From positions 1,920,001-1,984,000 of the forward strand of contig OZ244937.1 in the NCBI GenBank assembly GCA_965222075.1: a DNA stretch of 64,000 nucleotides, given 5' to 3'. Both the position numbers and the translations under genes were made by a program. Shown here piece after piece: positions 9,738 through 18,633 of the stretch; position 1 is the first letter of the stretch; each line of letters begins with the position of its first letter. Source of the stretch: Candidatus Latescibacterota bacterium (GTDB lineage: Bacteria > Latescibacterota > UBA2968 > GCA-2709665). The notes below the pieces were generated by a model. It was not told where the DNA came from. It worked only from the letters and a program-made list of their open reading frames with translations, and searched no databases.

Positions 9738-9776
9738 AAAAACCCCCTGCCGCTTCACATTGCAGCAAGGGGTTTA
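9738..9776. terminator. Possible bidirectional hairpin terminator between convergent genes
   Basis: Imperfect inverted repeat AAACCCCCTGCCGC...GCAGCAAGGGGTTT with A/T flanks, just after the 9730 stop. Confidence 0.5.
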
Positions 9777-9928
9777 TGCGCATCGGAAGACTGTTTGCTT
9801 ACCCACGGACTGACTCATCCATACCGCACCCCCGTCGGAATCACGTCCTTCCCCTCCCGCATCGCCAGTGCCGTCTCCAGCGTGAAAGCCTCCCCAACGG
9901 CCTCCTCCCGTTCCAGAAAGCGAATCCG

Positions 9929-11236
9929 TTATTCAACAAACGCCCGGTAAATCGCCTGCACCGCCCGCTCGTAATCCTCCTCTTCCACCCCCACGATAAT
10001 ATTGATCTCCGAAGATCCCTGGTCAATCACACGAACGTTCACCCCCGCGTCGGCCAGGGCCACGAAAAGCCGTGCGGCAATCCCTACCCGATGCGACATT
10101 CCCTCGCCCACCGTGGCGATCAACGCCAGCCCGGGGATCAACTCGGTCCGGTCGGGTTCAAGAATCCGCCGGATATCGTTCAGGAGCGCCTCTCCCCTCC
10201 CATCGAGCTCTTCATCCTTTATAATGACCGAGACCGTATCGATACCGGTAGGGGTATGTTCATAACTGATATCGTGGGAAGCGACCACTTCTAAGATCCG
10301 CCGGCCAACCCCCTTCTCCTGGTTCATCAGGGCCTTCTCAATGTAGAGCATCGTAAAATGAGGACGCCCGGCAACGCCCACAATCAATTCATCCGTCAGC
10401 TCCCGCTCGGGCAGAATCAGCGTCCCCGGATCGTCGGGCCGGTTGGTATTCCGAATCTGAATCGGAATGCGGGCCTCACGAACCGGGAACATCGCCTCAT
10501 CGTGAAACACGTCCGCTCCCATATAGGACAGCTCCCGAATCTCCCGATAGGTGATCTCACGCACCGGCCTGGCATCCGGAACCAGGCGGGGATCGGCCAT
10601 CAACATCCCCGATACATCGGTCCAGTTCTCGTATACATCGGCGCCCACGGCCTGTGCCACGATCGCCCCCGTAACATCGGACCCCCCCCGTGAAAAGGTC
10701 TTCACCTGCCCTTCGGAATTGGCCCCGTAAAACCCCGGAATCACATACAACCCGTCCCCGCCCAGATGCTCCTTTAAAAGCGCATAGCTTACAGGATCGA
10801 ACTGGCCGTCGGGACGAAACCGTATGGCCTCTGCAGCATCCACAAACGCCGCCCCAAGCAGATCGGCCAGCACCTGCCCGCAGAGATACTCTCCCCGGGA
10901 TGCTACAAAGTCGCTGCTTGCTCCCTCCTGGATATCCTCGCGAAGCTGGTCCAACAGACCGTCAATATCCAGTCCCAGGCCCAACGCCTCCACCAGTTCC
11001 CGGTAGCGAGCCCGAATACGTCCGTAAGGCTCAGAAAAATCCAGCTTCTGCCGGGCCAGCTCGCAGCAGAGGTAAAGCAGATCGGTTATCTTGGTATCCT
11101 CCAGGTTGCGCTTACCCGGCGCGGAAGGTACCACAAACCGACGACGTACATCCGAACCGATAATCTGCTTCACCTTCCTGAACTGGCCTGCATTCGCCAG
11201 CGAAGTCCCCCCGAACTTGCAGACAATCGACGCCAC
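9929..11236 (-). CDS. lysC: Aspartate kinase
   Basis: 'CKFGGTSLA', 'VVPSAPGKR', 'FSRGGSDVTGA', 'ENWTDVSG' and two C-terminal ACT domains; GTG start at 11236 with GGAGG. Confidence 0.92.
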   Translation of the reverse strand: MASIVCKFGGTSLANAGQFRKVKQIIGSDVRRRFVVPSAPGKRNLEDTKITDLLYLCCELARQKLDFSEPYGRIRARYRELVEALGLGLDIDGLLDQLREDIQEGASSDFVASRGEYLCGQVLADLLGAAFVDAAEAIRFRPDGQFDPVSYALLKEHLGGDGLYVIPGFYGANSEGQVKTFSRGGSDVTGAIVAQAVGADVYENWTDVSGMLMADPRLVPDARPVREITYREIRELSYMGADVFHDEAMFPVREARIPIQIRNTNRPDDPGTLILPERELTDELIVGVAGRPHFTMLYIEKALMNQEKGVGRRILEVVASHDISYEHTPTGIDTVSVIIKDEELDGRGEALLNDIRRILEPDRTELIPGLALIATVGEGMSHRVGIAARLFVALADAGVNVRVIDQGSSEINIIVGVEEEDYERAVQAIYRAFVE

Positions 11237-11299
11237 TTCCAAACCTCCGTCAAACGGCAAAAGGTGAGGAGGCATCCCACAGGAATTTTAAAACAGCTT

Positions 11300-12238
11300 C
11301 TAAGAAGCCGGTTTAGAAGCCAGCTTCTGGCGTTCTACACGAAGCGTTTTAAGCAGCTTCTTGACCTCCCGATTCGAGGGGGCGATCCTCACCGAACTGT
11401 TCAGGGCCTCAATCGCAGCATCCAGATCGGACAGCTCACGGGTTTTCTGATAAATATCTGTGTAGCCAAGCCCCAGCACATGATATGCACGTGCCTTGTC
11501 TTTGTCGGACAGGGATTCATAGGATAGGGCATCTCCCGCTAAGACAATGGCATCTTCGGAGTCCTGCGTACAGAACGAATAGTACGAAGCGAAGACACGG
11601 GCCCGGGCAATCACATCTTCACCCGCGCCATATTGAATCCCCCTGTTTACCACCTTTAACGCTTCGTCGAAACGCTTGAAGGTCTGCAACATGCGGGCGA
11701 TATCCACCGCCTGCCTGCACAGCCTGTCTCTCCATTTCCGATCCACAGGCAAATGTCGGAATGTATAACCCGACCAAATGCTGTCCTGCTCGGTCCACAT
11801 CCTCAGGACTCCGTCAGCCATTTTTTGGTTTTTCAGCTTTGAGGCCGTTCGGGACAGGTAGTAGGTATTGTCATAGTAGAGCTTTCCCAGCCTCCGAAGC
11901 ACCGGCAGATAGTCGGGAATAATAGCGTAGGCCTGTCTGTAGAGGACGATCACGGAATCGCCCATCACAGCATCAACACCAGCAAGCAGCGCTTGCGCCT
12001 CCAGGAGCTTCAGGCGTCGCTCGCGCGCCTGTTTACCGGCCGGCGTTTTTGGATACCGTTGGGCAATCTCACCATAACTGTCGATCGCCTTTGGAAGGGT
12101 CTCCAGCTCCTCTTCCAGGTCCCGGGACGTCACATAATACATCCGTTTGGCCTCTTCCGCCTGCCGATCTGTACAGGCCGAACCCACCAAAAGACCGATA
12201 CCCACCATCACCCGAAGGTACTTTCCCATAGTCGCCAT
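11300..12238 (-). CDS. TPR-like helical lipoprotein
   Basis: Signal peptide with lipobox 'VGSAC' followed by helical repeats ('ARAYHVLGLGY', 'AAIEALNSSVRIAP'). Confidence 0.6.
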   Translation of the reverse strand: MATMGKYLRVMVGIGLLVGSACTDRQAEEAKRMYYVTSRDLEEELETLPKAIDSYGEIAQRYPKTPAGKQARERRLKLLEAQALLAGVDAVMGDSVIVLYRQAYAIIPDYLPVLRRLGKLYYDNTYYLSRTASKLKNQKMADGVLRMWTEQDSIWSGYTFRHLPVDRKWRDRLCRQAVDIARMLQTFKRFDEALKVVNRGIQYGAGEDVIARARVFASYYSFCTQDSEDAIVLAGDALSYESLSDKDKARAYHVLGLGYTDIYQKTRELSDLDAAIEALNSSVRIAPSNREVKKLLKTLRVERQKLASKPAS

Positions 12239-12280
12239 CTCCTTACCACACCTTTTAAACCTACTCCACATCTGCCCGCA

Positions 12281-13228
12281 TCAACACCCTGAGGGGATCT
12301 TTTTTTGCATACGCTCAACCAGCCGTCGATTGAACTCCTGGGCGGTGTGATAGCCCTGCATCTTAAGCTGGTAGTTGAGTGCAATCGCTTCGGCAATCAC
12401 CGTAATATACTTACCCGGATAGATCGGAATCGTAACCTGGGGAATCTCCACATCTAAAATCGAGACCCAGTCTTCATCCAGGCCGATCCGATCGTATCTC
12501 TCAGAATCGTCCCACTCCACCAGTTTTACAACCACCTCGATCCGTTTCTGAAACCGAACGGCCCGGACCCCGAACATATTCCGGACGTTTAGAACCCCCA
12601 GCCCCCGAATCTCCAAATGATCCCGAAGCGTATCCGCGCTTGTCCCCACCAGCATACCCTGCAACTTCCTGAATACGAACACGACGTCATCTGCAACCAG
12701 CGTGTGTCCCCGTTCCACAAGATCAAGGGCAATTTCACTCTTGCCAATACCGCTGCGTCCAATAAAGAGCAGGCCGATACCGTAAACATCCACCAACGAC
12801 CCATGCTGTGTCGTTCTGGGAGCAAAAACATCATCTAAGCAATCGGAGAGAAAATGGGAAAACTTCGTCGTGGAAAAGGAGGTCGTCAACAGGGGCACAC
12901 CCCGCTGATCGGACAGTTCCTTCATCACGGGCAGAACATCGTTATCGTCGGTAATCACAAGACAGGGAATATCAAACTGGTAAATGGTCTCCAGCACCAT
13001 CCGACACTTCTCCGAGGAAAGCCCCCCCAGGTAGAGCATCTCGGAATTGCCCATGACCTGCGCCCGGTCGTAGGTAAAAAGCCCGACAAAACCGGCCAGC
13101 ACCAGGCCAGGCCTGTGGACATCGCTGAATGCAAGCTTATTGTCCAGCCCCTTGTGACCGGCAACCAGCTCCAAAGACAGCTTTTCACCGTAGTCCTGAA
13201 TCACCTCACCTATGGAGATCGTCTGCAC
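12281..13228 (-). CDS. hprK: HPr(Ser) kinase/phosphorylase
   Basis: 'HRPGL', Walker A 'GRSGIGKSE', 'LVADD' and 'LEIRGLG' signature motifs. Confidence 0.95.
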   Translation of the reverse strand: MQTISIGEVIQDYGEKLSLELVAGHKGLDNKLAFSDVHRPGLVLAGFVGLFTYDRAQVMGNSEMLYLGGLSSEKCRMVLETIYQFDIPCLVITDDNDVLPVMKELSDQRGVPLLTTSFSTTKFSHFLSDCLDDVFAPRTTQHGSLVDVYGIGLLFIGRSGIGKSEIALDLVERGHTLVADDVVFVFRKLQGMLVGTSADTLRDHLEIRGLGVLNVRNMFGVRAVRFQKRIEVVVKLVEWDDSERYDRIGLDEDWVSILDVEIPQVTIPIYPGKYITVIAEAIALNYQLKMQGYHTAQEFNRRLVERMQKKIPSGC

Positions 13229-13342
13229 AGCCTATTCCTCGGTTTCCGAACGCACCGCGGGAGAAGCCTACACTGGCCCCAGCCTGCGACGTTTGTCGTG
13301 TAACTTCCAAAACCCCGACAAAAGCCCATTTTGCCCACGAGG

Positions 13343-13371
13343 AATATATGCCAAAAACCTCCACCTGTCAA
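13343..13371 (-). promoter_or_regulatory. Sigma70-type promoter TTGACA-17-TATATT for hprK
   Basis: Minus-strand TTGACA at 13371-13366 and TATATT at 13348-13343. Confidence 0.65.
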
Positions 13372-13404
13372 GCGTGTCCCCCCTTTTCAGAAAGGACTTC
13401 CCGC

Positions 13405-13433
13405 TTGACTTCCCCTCCTCAAAATACTATACT
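13405..13433 (+). promoter_or_regulatory. Sigma70-type promoter TTGACT-17-TATACT for the membrane-protein pair
   Basis: Near-consensus -35 and -10 with 17-nt spacing, back-to-back with the hprK promoter. Confidence 0.65.
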
Positions 13434-13481
13434 CTCAGCGCGGCAAATCGTCCTCTGTTCTCAAATTCCGGGTCCAATATT

Positions 13482-14699
13482 ATGGTATTCACGCTTAGTC
13501 TGTTCATTGCCTTTCTGATTTTCTTTTTCGGGAGTCGTTTTTTTGAGCGCCACAACATCCCGGCGCCCCTCGACAGCCTCCGCATGGGACAGTTGCACCA
13601 TCTGCTGCTGGGCATCTTTATCGGGCTGTTCTTTCCTTCAAATAACGCCCTGGTCCACCTCTTTGAAGGACTCAGATACAGCCTGGTAGGCATCGCTCTG
13701 GTCTGGTTCGGATTTCAAGCTGGCCTCAATTTTGACCTCCAAAGGTTTCGAACGCATCCACCCCGTCAGCTCCTTTCAGAGACAATACAGGCAGTCGGTA
13801 CGTTCCTGCTGGTATTTCTGGGCGTCATCGCCAGCAGGCCATTGCTGAACACCTACCTGGGAGTAGAAAAAGACATCACCCTGGTAGCCCTCCTGCTTGG
13901 GGCCTTTGCAACAACCCTCCGCACTCCGATCTTTCACTGGAGAAAAAAAACCTTATCCCCCTCCGTTTGCGCCAATCCGGTCGGCCTCATCCTCTTTGGC
14001 TTACTCTTCCCTCTGGTGGGGGAAAACACTGTCCTCCGCCCACTTATCCTGGTGGGTTACGCAAACACCCTCGCCATCCTTGCAGGGCTGGGACTTCTGT
14101 TGGGCATCACACTCGATTTCATTTTCCACGCCCACAAAGAGAGCCTCAGATGCATCTATCTATCAGTGGGGATTATCGCTGCCATAGGCGGTCCCTGTCT
14201 ACCACTCCAGACCCCCGGCATTTTCGTCGGATTTGTAGGAGGGGGGTGGCTGATTAACACAACCGTTCGGCGGCGGGAGGTTCTGGAACTGGCCGAACGC
14301 GCAGGGGCCGTTGCAGAACCGATCTTCTTTATGCTCCTGGGCAGTCTTATGGTTGGCGGTGAAGAATCCTTTTTCAAACCCTATCCCCTCGTTCTCTTCA
14401 CCGTCGGCCTCTTCCTGATGAGAGGCCTGATCAGGATGCTGGGCGTCGTTGCAGCCTGGCACATTTCGGACCGGAACCGGACCTGGCAGAATATCATAGA
14501 TGTGGGATGGTGCCCTTTGGGCACCCTCTCTGCTGCCCTCGTTGTTCAGGGCCTTTATCTGCCGCTCCGGCTTACCCACAACACTTTGATAGCAGGCGCG
14601 CTGTTCTCGGTGTTTTTGAGTCAGATATTTCTCACCTCACCCTCCAGAAAAAGCGTTGTCCATTCTCCTTCATCTCAGCCTGGTTCCTTGCAGGCATAG
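13482..14699 (+). CDS. Polytopic membrane protein, cation:proton antiporter (CPA2)-like
   Basis: About 405 aa with roughly 12 hydrophobic segments; 'WFGFQAGLNFD' and 'EPIFFMLLG' resemble CPA2 motifs. Start chosen downstream of the promoter. Confidence 0.55.
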   Translation: MVFTLSLFIAFLIFFFGSRFFERHNIPAPLDSLRMGQLHHLLLGIFIGLFFPSNNALVHLFEGLRYSLVGIALVWFGFQAGLNFDLQRFRTHPPRQLLSETIQAVGTFLLVFLGVIASRPLLNTYLGVEKDITLVALLLGAFATTLRTPIFHWRKKTLSPSVCANPVGLILFGLLFPLVGENTVLRPLILVGYANTLAILAGLGLLLGITLDFIFHAHKESLRCIYLSVGIIAAIGGPCLPLQTPGIFVGFVGGGWLINTTVRRREVLELAERAGAVAEPIFFMLLGSLMVGGEESFFKPYPLVLFTVGLFLMRGLIRMLGVVAAWHISDRNRTWQNIIDVGWCPLGTLSAALVVQGLYLPLRLTHNTLIAGALFSVFLSQIFLTSPSRKSVVHSPSSQPGSLQA

Positions 14700-14707
14700 C
14701 GCAGATT

Positions 14708-15907
14708 ATGCGAACGCTCTTTATCTGTTTTTTACTCGGCAGCCTGGTCTGGTTAATCCAGCAGGGGCCAGCACCCTTCTCAGAACCAACTGCCTACCTG
14801 GGGCTTCTGATCGTCCTTCCAGTCCTGGCATCGCAGGTGGCTGGAAAGGGCGGTCTCCCTCCTTACATCGGGGCCCTGATCGCCGGATTTCTGTTGGGGC
14901 CAACAGGCCTCTTCTCTAAGTCTGCGCTTGATGCAATCCAGCCCTTTTCAGAACTCGCAGCAGCCTGGGTTGGGCTTTATCTGGGCGCCTCCTTCTCCCC
15001 CTCGATAATCTCCAACAGGCGGTCTTTATATGCCGCATCCGCCGCCGTCATCGGGACGGTCCTGATCACCTTCACATTCCTGCTCCTCACCGTTGACTTC
15101 GTCCCCGCGCATGCCCTCCAAATGGGGATTCTGGCCGCTCTGGCCGCCCCCTTTTTCACCCATTTCTCCCCGCCCAGCCCACGCAGAGCCCTGTCCTTCT
15201 CTCTGCTTACTACCGGTCTGGGCCTTGTACTTTGGGGGATCTTCCTGGCCATCCACACGCCAGCCGTTCTAACCTTTTCTCAACCGCTTCCGGCGCTTGT
15301 GTTGTGGGGAATTGGAATTGAATTGGTCTATCGATGCGCACACAGGATTCGGACAGAGCCCGGTCGATACATCCTCTTTGGCGCCACAACCCTGCTCATC
15401 CTCATCGCATCCCGGAGCCTCCAGTTCTCATCCCTCTTTCTATCCTTACTCACCGGACTGGCCCTCTCTCTCCGCTGTGGTCAGAACCGTGAATCCTTCC
15501 GCACCCTGGAGGGCCTGTCGGGACTGCTTGTCTCCCTCGTCCTGGCCCACTTTGCAGCCCGGCTCAATCCAGTCGGGGCCTTACAACTTGCCCCCTCCCA
15601 CTGGCAGGTCCTCTTGATCTATGCCGCTTCTATGGCCGTTGGAAAAACGGTTGGAAGCGTTTTGGGAAGCCGTCTAACCGCCAGTCCTTTCCGGGACTGG
15701 TCACAGATTTTACCCCAGGGCCTTCTGGCCGGCGTCCTCATTCCCCAGGTACTCCCCCTCCAGAGCTTCACCGCCCTCTCCCCTCCGGCCGCAATAGAAA
15801 CCGGACTCATCCTCATCTGCGGCATCGCAATCCCAATCCTGCTCCGCCCGGTTTGGATGTTGGTCGAGAAAATAGAAATCAAGAGGAATTTTAAGACAGC
15901 TACTTAA
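14708..15907 (+). CDS. Second polytopic membrane protein, cation:proton antiporter-like
   Basis: 'GLPPYIGALIAGFLLGPTGL' N-terminal motif and 'LPQG' C-terminal motif of the Na+/H+ exchanger fold; 8 nt downstream of the previous gene. Confidence 0.6.
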   Translation: MRTLFICFLLGSLVWLIQQGPAPFSEPTAYLGLLIVLPVLASQVAGKGGLPPYIGALIAGFLLGPTGLFSKSALDAIQPFSELAAAWVGLYLGASFSPSIISNRRSLYAASAAVIGTVLITFTFLLLTVDFVPAHALQMGILAALAAPFFTHFSPPSPRRALSFSLLTTGLGLVLWGIFLAIHTPAVLTFSQPLPALVLWGIGIELVYRCAHRIRTEPGRYILFGATTLLILIASRSLQFSSLFLSLLTGLALSLRCGQNRESFRTLEGLSGLLVSLVLAHFAARLNPVGALQLAPSHWQVLLIYAASMAVGKTVGSVLGSRLTASPFRDWSQILPQGLLAGVLIPQVLPLQSFTALSPPAAIETGLILICGIAIPILLRPVWMLVEKIEIKRNFKTAT

Positions 15908-17229
15908 CGATCCAGTTCTCTGGACCAACTTGCCGGATCCGTTTCATCAATTCGTGAGTAAGTTTTCCAGTACCGAATTTCGTCCTGAAATCCAAATGGC
16001 TTGCAGGCCGCCGGATATTTATTGCAGAGAATCCCGTGCTTGAATACCAACCCTTTCATTCGCGCCGAGACGACCACTTTGGTGGTTGGCGGTGGCAGGA
16101 TTTTGAGAAGGCTAACAGACCTCTTAAGGTGGGGCACAATAATCAGGAACAGGCACACCCACGCCGCCATAAAAAGGTACGGATCATAATAAGGAAACCT
16201 CGGCACCCATCCCTTATTATTCAACCAGCCGTGCACCCGATCACCCACACGATCAAACAACGGCACCAGCAGATTCACCACCACAAGCATGAGGATTTTG
16301 TCATAATATGTGGGCTGGCCGATATACCGCAAAATAACATAGGTGGCCAGTATCCCGGCGCCGTAGACTAACCCATACAGCAACCTTCCCACATTTGTTC
16401 TTGGAGAAGTACGCGGATCGGTCGCCAGCAGGGTTATGCCAATAAACACGGCCGCATCGATGGGCGTGGGGATTAACGGCAAATTCAGAACGGATGTGAA
16501 AAAGAAGAAAAGCAAACTGAGAGCAAGTGCTGCCCCGGCAGTAATCAGCACAATCGGGAAGAAGAATTGGAGAACAATTCCCAACAGAAATAGAACCTCA
16601 TATAGATTCGGCGGGAGATAGAAGGCCACAATAAAATCCAGGCCCCCTGTCATATAAATAGAGCCGGTACTCATAAGAACGACACTCGTCGCGGCCAGTG
16701 CGAACCCCGACGGATTGAAAACATGTCTCAACTCGCCGTCCTGACGCCACTGAATGAATTCTTTGGCCAAAAATGCCACAAAGAGCATCACGAGCTGGAA
16801 GTAGAAATACTCCTCGTTGAACCAGATAAACAAATTGAGGCTCAATGTAACCGGAATGGGTAAGAACGCCAGGCGCCAGGGCTTTCGCCTCGACCAGGAC
16901 AGAAGCCCTTCAACCAAATAGGCGAATATGATCTGGACTATGATAAGCAGAACGCGGCTTCCAACCTCTTCCCAATAAAGTCCCCAGTAGACATAAAGGC
17001 AGGTCTGCGCGGGCACCAGGATGTAATGGTGTTTTCGGATCCTCTGTTGAATTTCAAAAGTCGTTCCCACACGACGGCCGTGCAAGAACAGGACAATTTG
17101 CCAGATCAACAGGCCAATGGCCGCCGCAAAGACCGAAACCGTCAGTGTGAGGTTATGGCGGAGAGACACCAACCACGAAACCCCGAACATAAGGGCATTG
17201 AGAATGACGATTACTTTTGCGACCTGCAC
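15904..17229 (-). CDS. RnfD/NqrB-like (UnbU-type) integral membrane protein
   Basis: 'RHVFNPSGFAL' and 'TDPRTSPRT' motifs of the NQR2/RnfD family; multiple transmembrane segments; no rnf/nqr partner genes nearby. Confidence 0.6.
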   Translation of the reverse strand: MQVAKVIVILNALMFGVSWLVSLRHNLTLTVSVFAAAIGLLIWQIVLFLHGRRVGTTFEIQQRIRKHHYILVPAQTCLYVYWGLYWEEVGSRVLLIIVQIIFAYLVEGLLSWSRRKPWRLAFLPIPVTLSLNLFIWFNEEYFYFQLVMLFVAFLAKEFIQWRQDGELRHVFNPSGFALAATSVVLMSTGSIYMTGGLDFIVAFYLPPNLYEVLFLLGIVLQFFFPIVLITAGAALALSLLFFFFTSVLNLPLIPTPIDAAVFIGITLLATDPRTSPRTNVGRLLYGLVYGAGILATYVILRYIGQPTYYDKILMLVVVNLLVPLFDRVGDRVHGWLNNKGWVPRFPYYDPYLFMAAWVCLFLIIVPHLKRSVSLLKILPPPTTKVVVSARMKGLVFKHGILCNKYPAACKPFGFQDEIRYWKTYSRIDETDPASWSRELDR

Positions 17230-17276
17230 CGAAACCTCCTTTCAAAAATCCGGGCCACGAAAAAATAAGTGGGATC

Positions 17277-18518
17277 CTACGGCTTCAGCCACTTCTTCAG
17301 GAACGCGAGACTCTTCCCCATCACGATTTCGTGGCCTCCTTCATGCAGATCGATCTCAATCCGGTCCCCGATCCCCAGTTTCTCGTAGTGCGCCCTGGAA
17401 TCCTCGTACTCCTCCAGCATCATCGGCCACCAGCCGATCCCGTCGGCCTTCCCCTGCTCCACCAGCAGGGGAACGGGGCAAATCAGCGAAACCAGGTCGC
17501 TGTCGGTAAACTCGCGCAGCCACCCGGGAATCCAGATATGCTCTTCGTCCACCGACAGGAAACAGCTATAGCGCGGATCGTCCACGGCCATCTTATTCCG
17601 CCGGTGGTTGAACCACGCGCACACCACCGCAGCCTTGATTCGGGACTCCAGCGGGGTCGTGAACATCGTATAGGCCCCGCCCAGGCTGATCCCGTACATC
17701 CCCGTGCGCTCGACGTCGACCTCGGGACGCGTCTCCAGGTAATCCAGCAGGCGCTTCGTGCGGTAAATCTCCAGCCCCCAGATCGTCTTGCCCAGAAGCT
17801 TGCACAGGCGTTCCATGCGGGCCCGGGGGTGAGCGCCCGTGATATTCATGGGCACGATCACGGCAAATCCCTCCTCGGCCAGCGTCCGACCGTAACCCTT
17901 GTAGATGTCGGATGGGTCGTCCAGCCCGAACACGCGCTCCGGAGAGGAACCGATGCCGTGCTGGGCGATCACCAGCGGGGCCGGGCCTTTGCGCCCTTTG
18001 GGCAGCGCCAGGATGCCCCGCCCGCGGAGGTTTCCGACAAGGTCGATCGTAAGCCACCACGCCTGGATCTTGTCGTCTTCGTACCAGAGTTCGAGCACCG
18101 GGTTGAGCGGCTGCTCTTCGATCTCGAAATCGCCCAGTGTCTGGCGCCAGCGTGCCCGGTTGGGCGCCACCGACTTCTCGAACGCCTCGATCGACGAATA
18201 GTCCCGGTGCCAGTAAGCCTTTTGACGGGGTTCGTAGTCCAGAATCACGCTACGCAGATAGTCCTCGGTCTCGTTCCGGAGCAGGTGCTGCCGGTCGCTG
18301 ACCCATCGGCTGATGACCTCCGGACGCTGTTTGTAGGGGTTGGGAACATCCTGCATACCGGCCTCCTCCTTTGAGAGTACCCTGGCATCCTTACGCTTCC
18401 CGGAAGCCGCCTTGCTTCCGGGGTCTCCGTAAACGAGCGCCGTCCAAAACCCCGGAGCGACCCCCAGAACAACTGTTAAGATCCCTGCTGCAAGCGCCTT
18501 TCGTCCGACATTGGCCAT
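17277..18518 (-). CDS. Secreted alpha/beta hydrolase (dienelactone hydrolase/acetyl esterase-like)
   Basis: Signal-like N-terminus, 'AQHG', nucleophile elbow 'GISLGG', 'GKADG' and 'GGHE' triad motifs. Confidence 0.8.
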   Translation of the reverse strand: MANVGRKALAAGILTVVLGVAPGFWTALVYGDPGSKAASGKRKDARVLSKEEAGMQDVPNPYKQRPEVISRWVSDRQHLLRNETEDYLRSVILDYEPRQKAYWHRDYSSIEAFEKSVAPNRARWRQTLGDFEIEEQPLNPVLELWYEDDKIQAWWLTIDLVGNLRGRGILALPKGRKGPAPLVIAQHGIGSSPERVFGLDDPSDIYKGYGRTLAEEGFAVIVPMNITGAHPRARMERLCKLLGKTIWGLEIYRTKRLLDYLETRPEVDVERTGMYGISLGGAYTMFTTPLESRIKAAVVCAWFNHRRNKMAVDDPRYSCFLSVDEEHIWIPGWLREFTDSDLVSLICPVPLLVEQGKADGIGWWPMMLEEYEDSRAHYEKLGIGDRIEIDLHEGGHEIVMGKSLAFLKKWLKP

Positions 18519-18633
18519 CTTCTCCCTCCTTTGCGTCGCGCGCCGCGCCCTCCGGGGTCAGGGGAGGGTCGCGAACTCGTGCGTATAAAAACGGAACCGG
18601 TTCCCCCCATCGGCCAGCCGGACCCGCCATCCC

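Noticed and set aside
18535-18630. GC-rich imperfect hairpin upstream of the hydrolase
   Set aside because: No poly-U tract or recognisable riboswitch consensus; cannot be supported.
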